A stretch of 64,000 nt of DNA from Octopus vulgaris (GCA_951406725.2 OX597838.1:10540001-10604000), one strand, 5' to 3'. Shown: positions 1 through 14,237, numbered from the stretch's first letter. Numbers and translations: made by a program. The notes: generated by a model not told the origin, from the letters alone.

Positions 1-415
1 CTGAGGTAATATGAGGGCTGCACCTTTGACTGTGAAATAATTTTCACTAAAACTGGAGTGAAAAATAAAAAGAGAAAAGAATATTTTGATTATTATGACA
101 GTCAATAAAAATTAATTTAAATTCTTGTAATATTTTAAACAACAACAAAACCATCTTTTTTCTTTTTTTCTTACATAGAAATGAAAAAAACAGATTATAA
201 ATATACACACAAGTGCATGAGAGAGAGAGTGAGAGGGAGAGAGATAAAGATAGACAAATGTCACCCATGCCACGAAAGCATATTGCTGAAAAATCTTGCA
301 GCAACACAGAATAACATAGAAATCAATGAGAAAAAATAGGTGTTGCATTATGGAATTCTATGATAATGCTTCAGTAATGTAGGTTATGTTTATATATATA
401 TATATATATATATAG

Positions 416-665
416 TGCCATCTTGGCAGTTCCCTTTCTTAATGCTGATGGTCAGAGACTGTGGATCTATCCACCATTTCTTTCACCGATTCCTGATTCT
501 GGCTATGGTTATCTATTCAGGCAGAGATCTTCCGAATCATTCACAGATGTTGTCCAGCCAGCATCTTCCCAGACTCCTCCACTTTCCTTGTTTTCTTTTG
601 AGACGTCCCTCTAAGACGTGTATCCAGGTCACGAGACTTAATGACATGCCCAAAATACTGGAGCT
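416..665 (-). mobile_element. RTE-clade LINE, decayed ORF2 C-terminus and 3' end
   Basis: Minus strand reads VLEGRLKRKQG..GRCWLDNICE*FGRSLPE, resembling the RTE C-terminal G.R.RGRP..WLDNI motif; contains stops; abuts (TA)n. Confidence 0.6.
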
Positions 666-695
666 TTCCCTGTGTTTCATGTGTGCATGCATGCT

Positions 696-1017
696 AGAAG
701 GTGCATGGCTTAGTGGTTAGTGTATTCAGCTCACAATCGTAAGATCATGATTTCGATGCCCTGCGGCACGTTGGGTCCTTGACCAGGACACTTTATTTCA
801 CATTGCTCTGTTCACCCAGGTGGCAAAAAATGAGTTGTTCTTGTATATCGAAGGGCCAGCCTGGTCACATTCTGCATCAAGCTGAATCTCCCTGAGAACT
901 ATGTTAAGGGTATATGTGTCTGTGGAGTGCTCAGCCACTTGCACGTTAATATTATGAGCAGGATGTTCAGTAGATTGAATCAACAGGAACCCTCATCGTC
1001 ATAACCAATGGAGTGCC
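696..1017 (+). mobile_element. Old tRNA-derived SINE with family-C tail
   Basis: A-box tggcttagtgg, B-box-like tttcgatgcc; 3' half (gagaactatgttaagggta...ggagtgctcagccact) matches 15035-15420 and 21924-22309. Confidence 0.75.
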
Positions 1018-1153
1018 AGTCTATGAATATATATATATATATATATATAGTCAATAATAATAATAAGAGTAAAATTAATTAATTAGTAATTAATAATTTT
1101 ACCAAGCAGAGTTCAGTATGTAAAATGACCATTTACGGTATATTTAAAACATT

Positions 1154-1468
1154 ACTTTATATAATTAAGGTTCAATAAAAAAAAATTTACTTTACCACAC
1201 ATGGAACTTTTATAAATAGCAGCCAAAGAATTTAGCTATTTCCTCTAGTATAAGAAGAATCTCCCAGACAATGTATACTCAAAAACAATTCACATAGACA
1301 TAGAGGGAAAAATAACGAAAGATCCCTTGTTTTTGAGTAAACATTGTCTGGGTGACTCTTCTTATGGTAGAGGAAATAGCTGAATTCTTTGAATTCTTTG
1401 GCTGCTATTTCTAAAAGTTCAGTGTGTGGTAAAGTAAATTTTTTTGATGAACCCTAATTAAATAAAGT
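1154..1468. repeat. Imperfect inverted repeat (arms about 1154-1288 and 1327-1468) inside a (TA)n-flanked element
   Basis: actttaccacac..atagcagccaaagaat..cagacaatgt..ctcaaaaacaa is mirrored by ttgtttttgag..acattgtctg..attctttggctgctat..gtgtggtaaagt. Confidence 0.85.
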
Positions 1469-1506
1469 ATATATAGTATATATATATATATATATACATA
1501 CATATG

Positions 1507-2486
1507 GGAGAATTTGTTTTTGAAAATGCCCCTGAATTTGAAAAATGTTCAGCAAAGAATATAAGAAATGTACATTACTAAAATTTTGGTCATATTGAGT
1601 TTTTATAGAATACATGGACAAGAGAGAGAAAAAGGAATAGGAGAAACCCACTACCAATCAAAACCTGTTCCTATGTCTACGGAACCAATCAACCAAAACC
1701 CTAATGCAGAAACAAAATCTATTTTTTGACCAAAAACATCCACCAGAAAGAATATATGTCATCAAAATTATAATGAATCAGAAATTAGATTCTTTTGTGT
1801 AAAAACATATATACACAAGATATTCTCCGATTCCCCAAAAACTCTGTTAAAAGCGAAAAGACCAGAATGCGACAGAAAAAAGAACTACACAAAAGAAACA
1901 GTTAAAAATTCCCATTTTTTCTCCTTTTCTTTTCTCCCTCTTGTCCATGTTTTCTATAAAAACTCAATTATGACCAAATTTTTAGTAACGTACATTTATC
2001 ATATTCTTTACCAAACATTTACTTTGATATTATCTATCCCTGTCATTGAATTTTATGTGAACATTTGATTGTTTAACCCTTTAGTGTTCAGATTACTCTG
2101 TTAAATGTAATACTTTTTCACTCAAATTGTTTTGACTTAATCCTGGATTATCTTACAGCTTTGAGGTTTCAATGATGTTGATTGTTTATTTTTAGAATGT
2201 CACTGTAGGTTAGGTGTGAGAGGCTAGATATGGCCAGTTTGAATATAAAACATGTAGAATATATTGGGCCAGATGTGGCCGGTTTAAACACTAAAGGGTT
2301 AAACACGTTTGTTAAATTTCTACTTCATAATTTTAAACTTTGTTAAAATCCCATTGTTTTATATACATTTCTACCATTGCTAAACAAAATATCATTGAAA
2401 CTAGTTTGATATGTATGTGAATAAATCTATTTAAAAACAATTACACATTTTTCAAATTCAGGTGTATTTTCAAAAATAAATTCTCC
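1507..2486. repeat. Large degenerate fold-back element between (TA)n tracts
   Basis: 1507-1548 is the reverse complement of about 2445-2486, and about 1545-1640 is the reverse complement of about 1915-2020; interrupted by a TTAA MITE. Confidence 0.7.
2073..2302. mobile_element. piggyBac-type MITE, family E
   Basis: TTAA at both ends; TIR ccctttagtgtt/aacactaaaggg; about 222 bp; five more copies in window. Confidence 0.88.
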
Positions 2487-2520
2487 TGTATTTTTCCTGT
2501 GTGGGAATACACCTTGTTTC

Positions 2521-2560
<40 letters not shown>

Positions 2561-2629
2561 TGCATTGATATAAGTTGTTCAATAAAGCCCGAAACATATG
2601 TACCGCAAAATCCTTTGCGTCCTGTTTTT

Positions 2630-2669
<40 letters not shown>

Positions 2670-3063
2670 CATACACACATATTACATATAATTTCTTTTT
2701 ATACACTAGTGTGTATGCATGTGTATGTCCGTATGGTTGTATATCTGTAAAACAAGTGGGAGGGTATCATTAAAACAAAAAGCATGTGTACGCAACACAC
2801 AGAGACCTTCACTGAAGTAAAAGCATCAATAAAGCAAACAAACTTTCAGAATATATACAAAACAACGTATCAATTAATTAATCACACACACACATATATA
2901 TATATATATGAAACAACAATATATTTTTTTGGCTGAGTGGTTAAGGTTAAAGAGTTGTGAGTAAGCCAATTGTTTAGTTGTGCAGTACAAAATTTGCTAC
3001 AAGCATTGAATCAAAACTCTTTAAACCAAAACATTAACTTGGTTTACTGAAAAAAAATAAGCA

Positions 3064-3460
3064 AGGAGTGGCTGTGTGGCAAGTAGCTTGCTAACCAACC
3101 ACATGGTTCCGGGTTCAGTCCCACTGCGTGGCATCTTGGGCAAGTGTCTTCTGCTATAGCCCCGGGCCGACCAATGCCTTGTGAGTGGATTTGGTAGACG
3201 GAAACTGAAAGAAGCCTGTCGTATATATGTATGTATATATATATATGTGTGTGTATGTGTTTGTCCCCCTAGCATTGCTTGACAACCGATGCTGGTGTGT
3301 TTACATCCCCGTCACTTAGAGGTTCGGCAAAAGAGACCAATAGAATAAGTACTGAGCTTACAAAGAATAAGTCCCGGGGTCGATTTGCTCGACAAAAGGC
3401 GGTGCTCCAGCATGGCCGCAGTCAAATGACTGAAACAAGTAAAAGAGTAAAAAAAGAGTA
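3064..3460 (+). mobile_element. tRNA-derived SINE, family A, full length
   Basis: A-box tggctgtgtgg, B-box ggttcagtccc, internal (TA)n(TG)n, tail (gtaaaaga)n; near-identical to many copies in window. Confidence 0.92.
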
Positions 3461-3944
3461 ATCAACCCACAGTTCAATATTTAGTAGTTATTAAAAAGCA
3501 ATGATTCCCAATCTTGGGTTTGCAAATCCCTTCTGACATGGGTTGGATGATTTCCGAACAAGCCAAAGGGCTGTACCAAACCCTAATGTCTGCTTTGGCA
3601 TGGTTTCTATGGCTGGGGAACTTTCCTAATGCCAACCACTTTCCAGAGTACACTAGGTATTTCTTTACATGGCACCAGCACTAGTGAGGTGACCAAGTAG
3701 CTCACAAGACCCGACTCTTCAACTAATGGTTTGTAGTACCACGTGGGGTGGCTTTAAACCAGGTGATGACAGGTTATGACAAACGGAAAGGTGTCTTGCT
3801 GTAAAAGGGTTATATGCATCCCCTCCACCACATCACGCTGGAAAAGAGAAATGGTGGTAATAAGGTGTCACAACCTTCTCATGATGTGTGACATGGTGAC
3901 CTCATATCAAGATAAATAGCACATGACCTTGTAGGTAGGGCCCT

Positions 3945-3945
<1 letters not shown>

Positions 3946-3987
<42 letters not shown>

Positions 3988-3997
3988 GCTGCTGCTG
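3946..3997. repeat. (CTA)n(CTG)n microsatellite
   Basis: Direct inspection. Confidence 0.95.
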
Positions 3998-4334
3998 CGA
4001 ACAGTTCTCTCCATTGCAGCAATTGTTATTGGATCTTCTCAGCAAGCGCCACCAGGCTTGATTGACATATGGTACACAGCTAGCAGACTGCATGAAACAC
4101 CAGACCAGCAGTTCTAGCCTTCTTTATTATAAGAAGGTTATATTATCTTAAGAATTAAATGTGAAAGGCATGCTCCTATTTCAAAGAATTAGTAGTAGAA
4201 GCCATTTTTTAGGTGATTTAGCTTCAACAATGAACAGTCTCTACCTCATCATCCTCAATCTTTTTACCTTAGTTTATTTCGTGTTGGTGTTGTTTAGTTA
4301 GCTCACAGTCAACCGCAATTGAGCAGACCTGTGA

Positions 4335-4561
4335 TTAACCCTTTTATTACTGTATTTATTTTGAGATGTTCTGTGTTTCTTTCAATTATTTTAAATATAA
4401 CAGAATTTAGTAAAATAACTTGATTATCATTAAGCTAGTGTTAGGAACATAAATTATGACTAAGGTTTGGTGGAAGATTTTAATTCAGAACTTAAGAAAA
4501 CAAAACATTTGTACTACAGAGCCAGAGGCGGTTTTGGCTGGGTTGGTAATGAAAGGATTAA
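4335..4561. mobile_element. piggyBac-type MITE, family F
   Basis: TTAA ends; imperfect TIR cccttttattac/gtaatgaaagga; homologous to 38705-38934. Confidence 0.85.
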
Positions 4562-6021
4562 AGGTATTCCAACTGTGGCCATCCTGTTAATTATACTCTT
4601 TCTTTTTTTAAAGATAGTAAGGCAGTGATTCTAAATATTCTCACTACCACCGATCCCTTTTATTTAACCCGTCTATTAATCCATTTTGAAAAAAAAAAAA
4701 AAAATTACAATGGTAGTGTTTGGAACATAATTTAACATGAAATTTCAATGGAAGGTTTTGATTTTGATCGCTTAAAAAGACGGGCATATCACAAAACCAG
4801 AGTCAGTCCTGGGCAGGTTGCTATCAAAAAGCTATGAACGTTTTTACAGAGCTCAGTGTTTTTGAAAGGTTTCCCAACACAACAGATTTCAAACTCAGCT
4901 CATGGGCCCCCAGCACTTTCTTGCTGAAACCAAGATTGGGTAGGACTGTAGTAAGGTGTCATTTGAGGGTGATTTGGCTACTATATTTGTAGAATGAGGA
5001 GTCACTACACAGATGTTCTCTCATTGGCTTGTCAGTTGGTTTGATGTTCATTAATACGGAATAACGGACATGTAAGTCAATAAGATGATGCTCATTAATG
5101 CTGACATTCGTTAATGTAAAATAATAACAGATACAACCAAGAGGAAAAAAAAAACTTGGACTTTATTACAAAGTGGAATGTAATAAGCATTAGGGGATGT
5201 TCCTTGTAAAAGGTCGTCAGAAACTCATTAGTTCTTGAAACTAAAAGAAGGAAAACTAAATTAACTGTGGATCGATGTAATTGCATCAACATGTTGAAAT
5301 ATTGGTATTCTACAGACAGGAAACAGGTATAAATTTTATGACAGCACTGACATTTGAATAAACTTTACAATGCCAACTCAGCACACGAAACCAAATTATC
5401 TGAAGCTGCTTCTACAGATCTAGTTGCAAGACAAACAAACTAATACAACTTTAGATGTCGTCTCACATTTCCATGAGATACTCTAAGCTCCTGGTATATA
5501 ATAAGAGGTCGTCTAATGTTTTATTGTCCGATAGAATAAAATACAATAAAGGAAAAAAGAAAGTGGAAGCAAATTTTTCAATATCCGGTCACACAGTGTA
5601 AAATGCTGTTCACAGATTTATTTCATGGTAAATAAACACAAAATACAAACAGAGACACTCATCAAAGTAGTCGTCAGCTATGATTAACCTCGTTTCGTAA
5701 ATTACTGCATTTGACTGCATATAAGACGCACTTTTCCCCCAAAAGAAAAAAAAAATGTTTCGAGAAGGAAAAAAATATCACCCTGGGTTCTATTTATTTT
5801 TATCTTTTACTCGTTTCAGTCATTTGACTATGGCCATGCTGGGGCACTATCTTGAAAAAGTATACACTTGTGAGATGGATATGAACCAGGTCTCAAAAAG
5901 AAAAAGAAAAAAAGTAACTTTACAACAATGATCCAAATGTGACCATTCCAACGCCAGTATTCAATATACTAAAAGACAACCATAAATAGATATTCCTCTA
6001 AGTCAGTTTTTCTCAAAGGTT

Positions 6022-6275
6022 CTTTTACCTGTGGACCCCTCTTCCAGAATTCACTTGTCTGTGACAAAAATACTCTTCCAGTATTGTTCTGACCTCGTCT
6101 ACAGAATTCATATTTTTTTCCGTCCAAATGATTTTGAAGACTGCGGAATAAATGATAATCAGATGGGCCAATGTGCAGCAAATATGGGATAATGTCCAGC
6201 ATTCAAACAGCTCCAGCCCTTGGAATGCCATCCTTGCTGGATGTGGTCAAGCATTATCCTGATGGAAGAATCAGG
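6022..6275 (-). pseudogene. Mariner transposase C-terminal fragment
   Basis: HQDNA*PHPA and PSDYHLFRSLQNHLDGK match the mariner HDNARPH and YSPDLAPSDYHLF motifs; frameshifted. Confidence 0.88.
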
Positions 6276-6344
6276 ATAATGCTCAACCATTCGTCTTGAA
6301 ACCAGAGATGGTCGTTATTCTTCTAGCACTGACTTGTGATTGTG

Positions 6345-6860
6345 GCTCTGTGTGTGACCAAGGGCCATCATAAACAGGAGTGGTCCCAAAACAGTGCCTT
6401 GCGGAACACTGTTCACTATGTATGTCATTGGAGATGGCCACATTGGCTACTACTGCTTGATTTCTGTCTCTCAGCCATTCTCCCAATTTAGGACTCACAT
6501 GATTTTAGAAGGATTGTTGGGAATCTATCAGGGCCATCTCACCTATAGCCCTTATTACATTGTCTTCTATTATCTTGATGTAATCAATCATCATTGCCTC
6601 TGTTTTTATATCTGCAGTGGCAAAGAAGTCAGCTGGATAGCTGACATGCAAGTGTCCTAGGGGTGGAATGATAACACTTTTTGAATTGCTCATTTAATAT
6701 TTTACTTATCCTCATTGGGTTTCCTGTGAGTGAACCATCTTTTCCGAGGAGTGGACCTACCCTGCAGTGCACTGAGGCTGTTTGTTTGGCAAACTTGAAG
6801 AAGGCTCTGGGGTTAGATTTTATACTGTCTACAGCTCAGGATTCTTTGTCTGCTCTGTAT
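6345..6860 (-). pseudogene. CR1/L2-type LINE ORF2 fragment, internally deleted
   Basis: IKSNPRAFFKFAK..VGPLL..ILNEQFKSV, KLGEWLRDRNQAVVAN and NSVPQGTVLGPLLF (RT GVPQG motif) on the minus strand. Confidence 0.82.
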
Positions 6861-6974
6861 GTACAGACACACACAATGTATGTGGCCCAGGGCAAAATTA
6901 AAACCAAGTGGTGCCCTACTTACAGCCCATTAGCAGTGTCCCCTTCATCTTTCCATTGACTAACAGATAATACA

Positions 6975-7166
6975 TTAACCCCTTACCCAACAATTATTTT
7001 GAAAATAAATGTATTTTTTCAGACATATTTTTTAATTGTTTTATTTTACTATGTTTTGAATGGTGATTTCGAGGTATATTTCTTTTGACGAGTTAACTCG
7101 CCAGAGATAGAAAAAAACGATTTCGGTCAAAACGCATATATTCGTTTCTGCCAGGTAAGGGGTTAA
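6975..7166. mobile_element. piggyBac-type MITE, third family
   Basis: TTAA-ccccttacc ... ggtaagggg-TTAA. Confidence 0.75.
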
Positions 7167-7554
7167 GATATAAGGGGCAAAAATGAAACAGATTAAAAAA
7201 AAAAGCAAAAAAACAAAAACAGTTTTCTATCTGGCCATATCCCATAACTATATCAAATACATAACTATCTTTCTATTTTTAGTGTCATTTATTTAACACA
7301 AAATAATAATAAGCAGCAAATTACTTTTAACTAGGGCAACAGGAAAAGAATTGTAAATTTTCCAAACTACTTTTATTCATCCAAAAATAGAAAGAAAGGA
7401 AAAACAGGAAGAAATAGAGAAAACCACTGAGATATTACTATGTATACTATGGTAAATCCAGAAAGGGCTCTCCCTCCTGTGGTGATGCCTTTTCTGGGTG
7501 CCTAAACTCATGTTTATTTTGTTTAACAGTTAATTTGGCATTATATGATCATAC

Positions 7555-7856
7555 ATCCGAATCGTGGCCGATGCCAGCGCCGCTTCGACTGGCTTCCGTG
7601 CAGGTGGCACATAAAATGCACCAATCCGACCGTGGCCGATGCCAGCCTCGCCTGGCACCAGTGCAGGTGGCACGTAAAAAGCACCCACTACACTCTCGGA
7701 GTGGTTGGCGTTAGGAAGGGCATCCAGCTGTAGAAACTCTGCCAGATAAGACCGGAGCCTGGTGCAGCCTTCTGGCTTCCCAGATCCCCGGTCGAACCGT
7801 CCAACCAATGTTAGCATGGAGAACGGACGTTAAACGATGATGATGATGATGACGAT
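7555..7856 (+). mobile_element. Family D retroposon (5'-truncated SINE-like) with (GAT)n tail
   Basis: ggcgttaggaagggcatccagctg core, internal ggcacgtaaaaagcacc repeats, end ggacgttaaac(gat)n; nearly identical to 58071-58437 on the opposite strand. Confidence 0.85.
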
Positions 7857-8562
7857 GTGTGTTTGTGTCAGTGCACATGTAACAAACAAGCTAAAATAGA
7901 AACGTTTTATGTTTTACGTTTTTCTATCTTCAGTTTGTTGATTATTGAAGAGCAGAAACAAAAACAATAAAACGAGATAAAAAGAAAGAAAAAAAATAGA
8001 AACAGAAAAAGAAAAAAAAAGATATTTGATAATTGCTGAAGTTTAATTGAAAAGTGTAAACATCACTTTGCAATCTTAATAGACGGAAATGCAGGAATCT
8101 TTCATAAATCAATAAACAACAGCTTGGTTTATTTACTGTGTTGATGTTCTAGAGATAAAACTTACAAATAAAGGAGCCAATAATCTATGTATTAATATAG
8201 TAGTATGTTCCTACCTACCTACCTACGTTATGCATCAGACTAAAGGAAGTAACTACAAGGAGAGAGAGAGAAAGCCAGAGGAAAAATGAAAAGAGATGAT
8301 GATGGTAATTGTGATGGTGCTTATTTGTTGTGATGGCTGTTTGTTTGTTTGTTGTTGGTCGTCATGGTGGTATTGATGGTAACAATGGCATTGTTCAACA
8401 GCAGTTACTTGCACTAAGGTGGATGCAATTAAATCATACAATATTTTCTTCCTAACTTTCAGTCCACAAAAACATATTGTCAACTATTTACTACTTACAA
8501 AAACAACCACCGTTAACTAACACTCTACCAACATCCTCATCACCACAACAAACTGCTACAGT

Positions 8563-8566
<4 letters not shown>

Positions 8567-8629
<63 letters not shown>

Positions 8630-8682
8630 GTGAGTGAGTGAGTGAGTGAGTGAGTGAGTGAGTGAGTGAGTGAGTGAGTGTG
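8567..8682. repeat. (GA)n(GTGA)n compound microsatellite
   Basis: Direct inspection. Confidence 0.95.
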
Positions 8683-8921
8683 TAGAGGTGTAAGTATGTA
8701 TGTGTATATGCATGTGTCCACACGTAAGACTACATGTCCAGTATTGATTCACTGGTGCTTCTCTTTCATCTCTTTTCTCTCCCGTCTTTCACTGATACCA
8801 ACTCAACTAACATTTCCTTACAACTTCCATCTCTTTCTAGCTTGTCTACTAATCACTGTCATCTCTACCATCACAAAAAACAGACGTGTACTCTTTTAAT
8901 AATTAATCACAGACTTAATTA

Positions 8922-9190
8922 AATTGGGTTGGCAAGAAAGTAAATTCGTTTTTCGCAAAATACATAGCGTTACGATTTTTTGAATGACTTTTGTGAATGC
9001 TATGATTTTTTTCCTTTTGACATTGGACAGCTAGAACTAAACTGGACTGCAGAGTTTATGATCCCTGAGTTTATACTGCCATCTATGTTGCCAAAACGTT
9101 CTACAAATTCTTGAAACTTTTAGAAATTTCTAGAAAATTCTGCTTCAACAACTCAGTGCTGAATCTGTTTGAAATCTAATGGAAAATTGG
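8922..9190 (+). mobile_element. Possible mariner left-end relic
   Basis: Begins attgggttggcaagaaagt, resembling mariner TIRs; no partner TIR found. Confidence 0.4.
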
Positions 9191-10797
9191 TCAGTTTCAA
9201 AACATTGATATCCAGGTCAGAAAAGCAAAGTGTGAAGGGGATAGTAGTCATTTCCTTTGATTTCTGGACAGAAGCAAATAAGAAATAACATTTACTGACC
9301 AAAGACAAAACGAAAAAAAAGTTGTTACACAAGTGTTATTTCTTCAATTGTTTGATTACTCTTTTGGTCAATCAGCAAGATTCATTAGAGTTACTTTGTC
9401 ATCATTCATGACCTTATCAATGACGTACCCTCTCTATTCTGGGTCCGTTTCATATCTCTGGTACATGACTGACCCACTATTAATTACGATACAACCATAT
9501 TGTAAATCCATTGAGAAAACCTTGAAATCATGGATAATTGTTTTGGTTCTTGGTGGTTTTGTTTTCTTTGGAATGTTTTGTGCACAAAAGAATAATAACT
9601 GAAGTCAACTAAAGCCTAAGCCTTAAGTCAAGTTGGTAAGAAACCAAGGAGAGAAGACATTGCAGCAGAAACTGGGTCATCCAATCTCCTCCACCCCCAC
9701 CTCACACACAGGTGCACCAGACCTGTGGTGACAGGTTGTTATTGGCTACAAACATTTACACATGGATTTCTTTATTCATATTTCCTTGCATGCCCTCATT
9801 TGCTTTTAACATGTGTGGCAGTAAAATATTATTGATTTAAATGTGAAAAGTTAAAGATGACATTTTTTTCCCCCCTCTCTCTCTCTCTCCTTTCCCTTTT
9901 CTTTTTCTTCTTCAGCCTAAACTTCAATGCCACAACCAATATCATCACTGTGATAACAGATCATGCCTAGAACAATCACTTCCTTCGGAGACCTATTATT
10001 AACAGAAGATAAACAGGACAGCCTACTCCTCTTGTTGATTATCAATAAAAACATTGATTTAAACAGACCTGCTCAATGACAATAGCAACCACACCACACA
10101 TAAGGCAATGGATTGGACTAGTGTCAGAACAAATGGTTCCTTTGTATATGAAATAAAATGGAGTTGATTTCATTCATTTATCCATGTTAGATTGGACAAA
10201 TTATAAATTATTATTATTCAGGTATTGTTTTTTTGTTTTTTTTACAGCTGAAAGAACCAAACCTTTCCCAAAGATGGATTATACATGTAATTTTACAGCT
10301 GAATGCATTTCCTGTCACATAGCCCTTGCCTGTTTTCAAGTATAGCATACATCTTTGAAGACGCAAAGCCAGTGGATGATACTCTGACAGGAGAGAGGAC
10401 GACAACATCACCACTTCAGATTGGCAATTTTCAGAGAAGCACAAATGTAAACAAACACTCACACGCATGTATGCACACGGATGGATCTTTTATCAACAGA
10501 ATGACCTACTCTTTGAGTGAATGTGTTAAATTGCCAAATATTCCACAAACGTGCACTTGATGTTATTTTCCCATGGAATCAACATGACACAGCATGTGAC
10601 AAGGCCGGACATTTGAATTACAAGACACTAAAATGCCTCAACCGGTCAACATGTAAATTCCTTAATATCCTTTTGCCCTGATGATACTCCACTCAAAATC
10701 TTCAATTGAGTGTGAATTGAAACAATTGTAGGCATTGTTAATAAATAAATTCTATCCATTAAATCTCTTCATTTTCTTGCTTAATAATATTTGATAT

Positions 10798-10842
<45 letters not shown>

Positions 10843-13106
10843 CCAGTGTAACTTGGATAGAACCATCTCAATAAGAGGTTTATATCCTCAAATTATATAT
10901 ATATATTTATCCTTTGTATGTGAGTGAAAAGTGTAATTATTTGTTAAATCATATTTAGTCTTCCTCTATTATAATTTGCAAATGCCAGACGAAAATATAA
11001 TTATTCAGTAAAATAAGGATATATTGGCAATGAAATGACTAGTTTCAAGTTTCTTAGGTTTCCAACCACTTTAAACTTCTTAAACTTGTCTGAAACCATG
11101 ATGAAGAACAAAGAATTACATGGATGTTATCACCATTTAGTCTCCTCGTTAATAAAGAAAGTTTGATGATATATCTGTCGGTACAAGAACTGCTGACCTT
11201 AACGACTGACACACATAGGATGTGAAACGTAAGTTAACTAATGGAGATGTTACTTCAGTAGAAGACAATTATCAAAGTCACTGGTGCAATGATGCCACAG
11301 AGTAATTATTAGTTAAGATTAAAGAGAGGCAGCGAAGAAATGTGTTGTCTTTTTTCCTCCCCTTCTTTCTTAATTCTAATTCATCATTTTACTATTCTGA
11401 TTTAAAACCAGCATATTTCATCAATCAAACATTTAGAATTGATAAAATATGCAGCAGTAAGAGACAGGTTTTCATTCCACAAACTATAATTCTTTACATT
11501 TAAAACTCATTCAAATAAAGAGATTGTTGGAATTTCACATCTACAGCCAAACATAATACATGGGACACTTTAGAGAAAAACCATTAAGTCAGTTAGTCTG
11601 CTGTGACCACTATCAGAATTTCCCATCAATTACAAAGATACATTGAACAGTGATATACACACAAACATTTATATATATCTATTTATTGTGTGTGTATGTA
11701 TATTTTATTGTACAATGTGTCATTGTAAATTATGAAAGAATGTGATTGTGGTCTAGTCACAGCAGACTGATAGTTTTTCTCTAGAACGGTCCATGCATTA
11801 CACACACACACACACAAATATTGCACCATGTTGTATATAGTACACAGCAAGGTGGTGAACTGTCAGGGTCTTTAGACTGTTGGGCAGAATGACTTGCAGT
11901 ATTTATGAACATCTGCATTCAGAGTTCAAATCCTGATGGGGTCGACTTTGACTTTCAGCAGGTGATTAAAAAAGTACTAATCCAGTGTAGTAAACTGGTG
12001 GAACTGTCAGAAGGTTGGAAAAGCCAATTTAGGGGCATCTGTTCCAGCTCTTCTGCATTCTGACAGCAACTCCTTGGATAAAAATTAGCATCATAGAGTA
12101 GCAAGGGTTGCAAGTATGGGTAACTGCCAGTTTTGCCTAGGTTTGGACATATATGTGCAGATGTATGGCCAACCCGGATCGAATGGAAGCCCTGTGTACA
12201 ACATGTTGTAAGGTTAGTTTAAACACTGGAAAATTAAGCAATCCAGTAAATAATTCCCTCTTTAAATTATCCATTTGCATGGCAATGTAAAATATTTATC
12301 CACTAGTGACTGGTATCCTTTAGCTTTTTTAAAGAATTTCTTTTGTTATAATGAATTATCAACCACAGTGATAATAGTCCACTCTGCTGGGTGGTTAGTG
12401 TAAGTTGACCTTGGTAGAATTCGAACTCAGAACATAAAGACAGACGAAATGTCACAAAGCATTTTGCCTGGTGTGTTAATGGTTCTGCCAACTAACCACC
12501 AATATTAATTGAGGTTGCTTGCAGATCTTTGCATTTTTCACATTCTTCAGTCCTGAAGTATTGTTTGAAAGTTCCCTCCCTCATACAAACCCTACCCTAC
12601 AAAAATTAAAAAAAACTGAAAACAAGCAAGAATAGACAAATAGTAAGAAACAACAAAACAACGGACCAATACCTTATAACTGTCTACTGTATCTTTTAAC
12701 CAAACTTATTGACATGGATGATAAGATAAAGGAATAAATTTTAAAAAACATTTTTTAGAAAATTAACAACAAATACAGATAGTAGCAGTGGTTTTTCTGT
12801 GTTCTAGGAATTTTGTAAAATAAAACGAAAGAATAAAACAAACATTACTGACATGTATTGTTTTATAAAAAAAAAATAAAAGGGAAAAAGAGAGACCAAG
12901 TGATATTGACTTAAGGATATTGTCAATAAGGAGTTGAAGATGTACAGGAAGGAGGGAGAGAGAGAGAGAGAGGAGAGAGAGAGCTAGATTCTTTCTGTAG
13001 GTGTGTGTGTGTGTAGCTTGTCATATATGTGTGTATTTTCTTATGGTGTGAGGTATGAATGTAGGTAGGTAAATAAGGATAATGGCTTGGTTATCTATAT
13101 TTCAGA

Positions 13107-13143
<37 letters not shown>

Positions 13144-14009
13144 TCTAGGATTATTCATATTAGTTTCTATAAGCCAGCATATTTGTGTGTATGCATAAGA
13201 GAGAGAGAGGGGGGGGGGAGAAAGTGTGTGTGTGTGTGTAACTGCAAAGTTTATTATGAGTGTAGGTTTGTAAGTTCCTTTATGTGTATTTATGTGAGTT
13301 GTAGATTTATTAAGCTTACATGCATGTAGATGTGCATGTATTCCTCTAAGGCTATACATTCATTCCTTGTCATCATACATCATGTATTCTTCATCATCAT
13401 CATCATCATATAATGTTCTCTGTCCATGCCAGCAAGGCTAGGAGAGTTTGACAGGAACTGGCAGGCCAAAAGACTGCTCCAAGCTCTGCTGCCTGATTTA
13501 GCATGGTTTCTACAATTGGATGCCCTTCCTGATGCCAACCAAAGTGTACCAGTGCTTTTGTTGTGGTACCAGCAGTAGCAGTGAGGTCACTAAGTAACCT
13601 GCAAGACAAGACCCCTCAACTGAGGTGTGTGATTAAGAAGTTCACTTCAAAACCATGTGATTTAGGGTCCAGTCCCACTTTGACAGGCACCTACTATAGC
13701 CCTGGGCCAACCAATGATTTGTGAGGGAATTTGATAGACACAACTGTGAGAAGCCCATCGTGTGTGTGTGTGTGTGTATGTATCCACCATACTCTTGACA
13801 ACTGGTGTTGGTTTGTTTATATCCCTGTAACTTAATGGTGCAAAAGAAAGAGATCGATAGAATAAGTACCAAACTTAAAACAGATACTGGGATAGATTTG
13901 TTCAACTGACCCCACAAAAAAGTGCTTCAGTCCCATGACTGAAAAACACAAACAAACACTAGATACTGTTGCAAACCTTTGGTGAAAACGGTCACCAAAA
14001 CAGCTGGGT

Positions 14010-14237
14010 TTAACCCTTTAGCATTCAAATTAATATGTCAGAAGTAATCCTTATTCTTTTACATTTAAAAAAATTAATCTGGTATTATCTTGTAGCTTCA
14101 AGATTTGAAAGATGTAATTGTTTATTTTTAGAATGACATTGCAGGGTAGGTGTGAGATACTGGTTCTGGCCAGTTTGAGCATAAAATGAGTAGAGTATTT
14201 GGGCCGGATATAGCCGGTTTAAACACTAAAGGATTAA
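14010..14237. mobile_element. piggyBac-type MITE, family E
   Basis: TTAA ends; homologous to 2073-2302 in the same orientation. Confidence 0.85.

Noticed and set aside
5173-5195. tggaatgtaa resembling the miR-1 5' end
   Set aside because: The match stops after about 10 nt and no precursor hairpin is evident.
11195-11240. Hammerhead-like ctgacac-acat-agg-atgt-gaaac-gtaa-gtt
   Set aside because: The conserved G8/A9 positions are absent and there is no supporting inverted repeat; could be chance.
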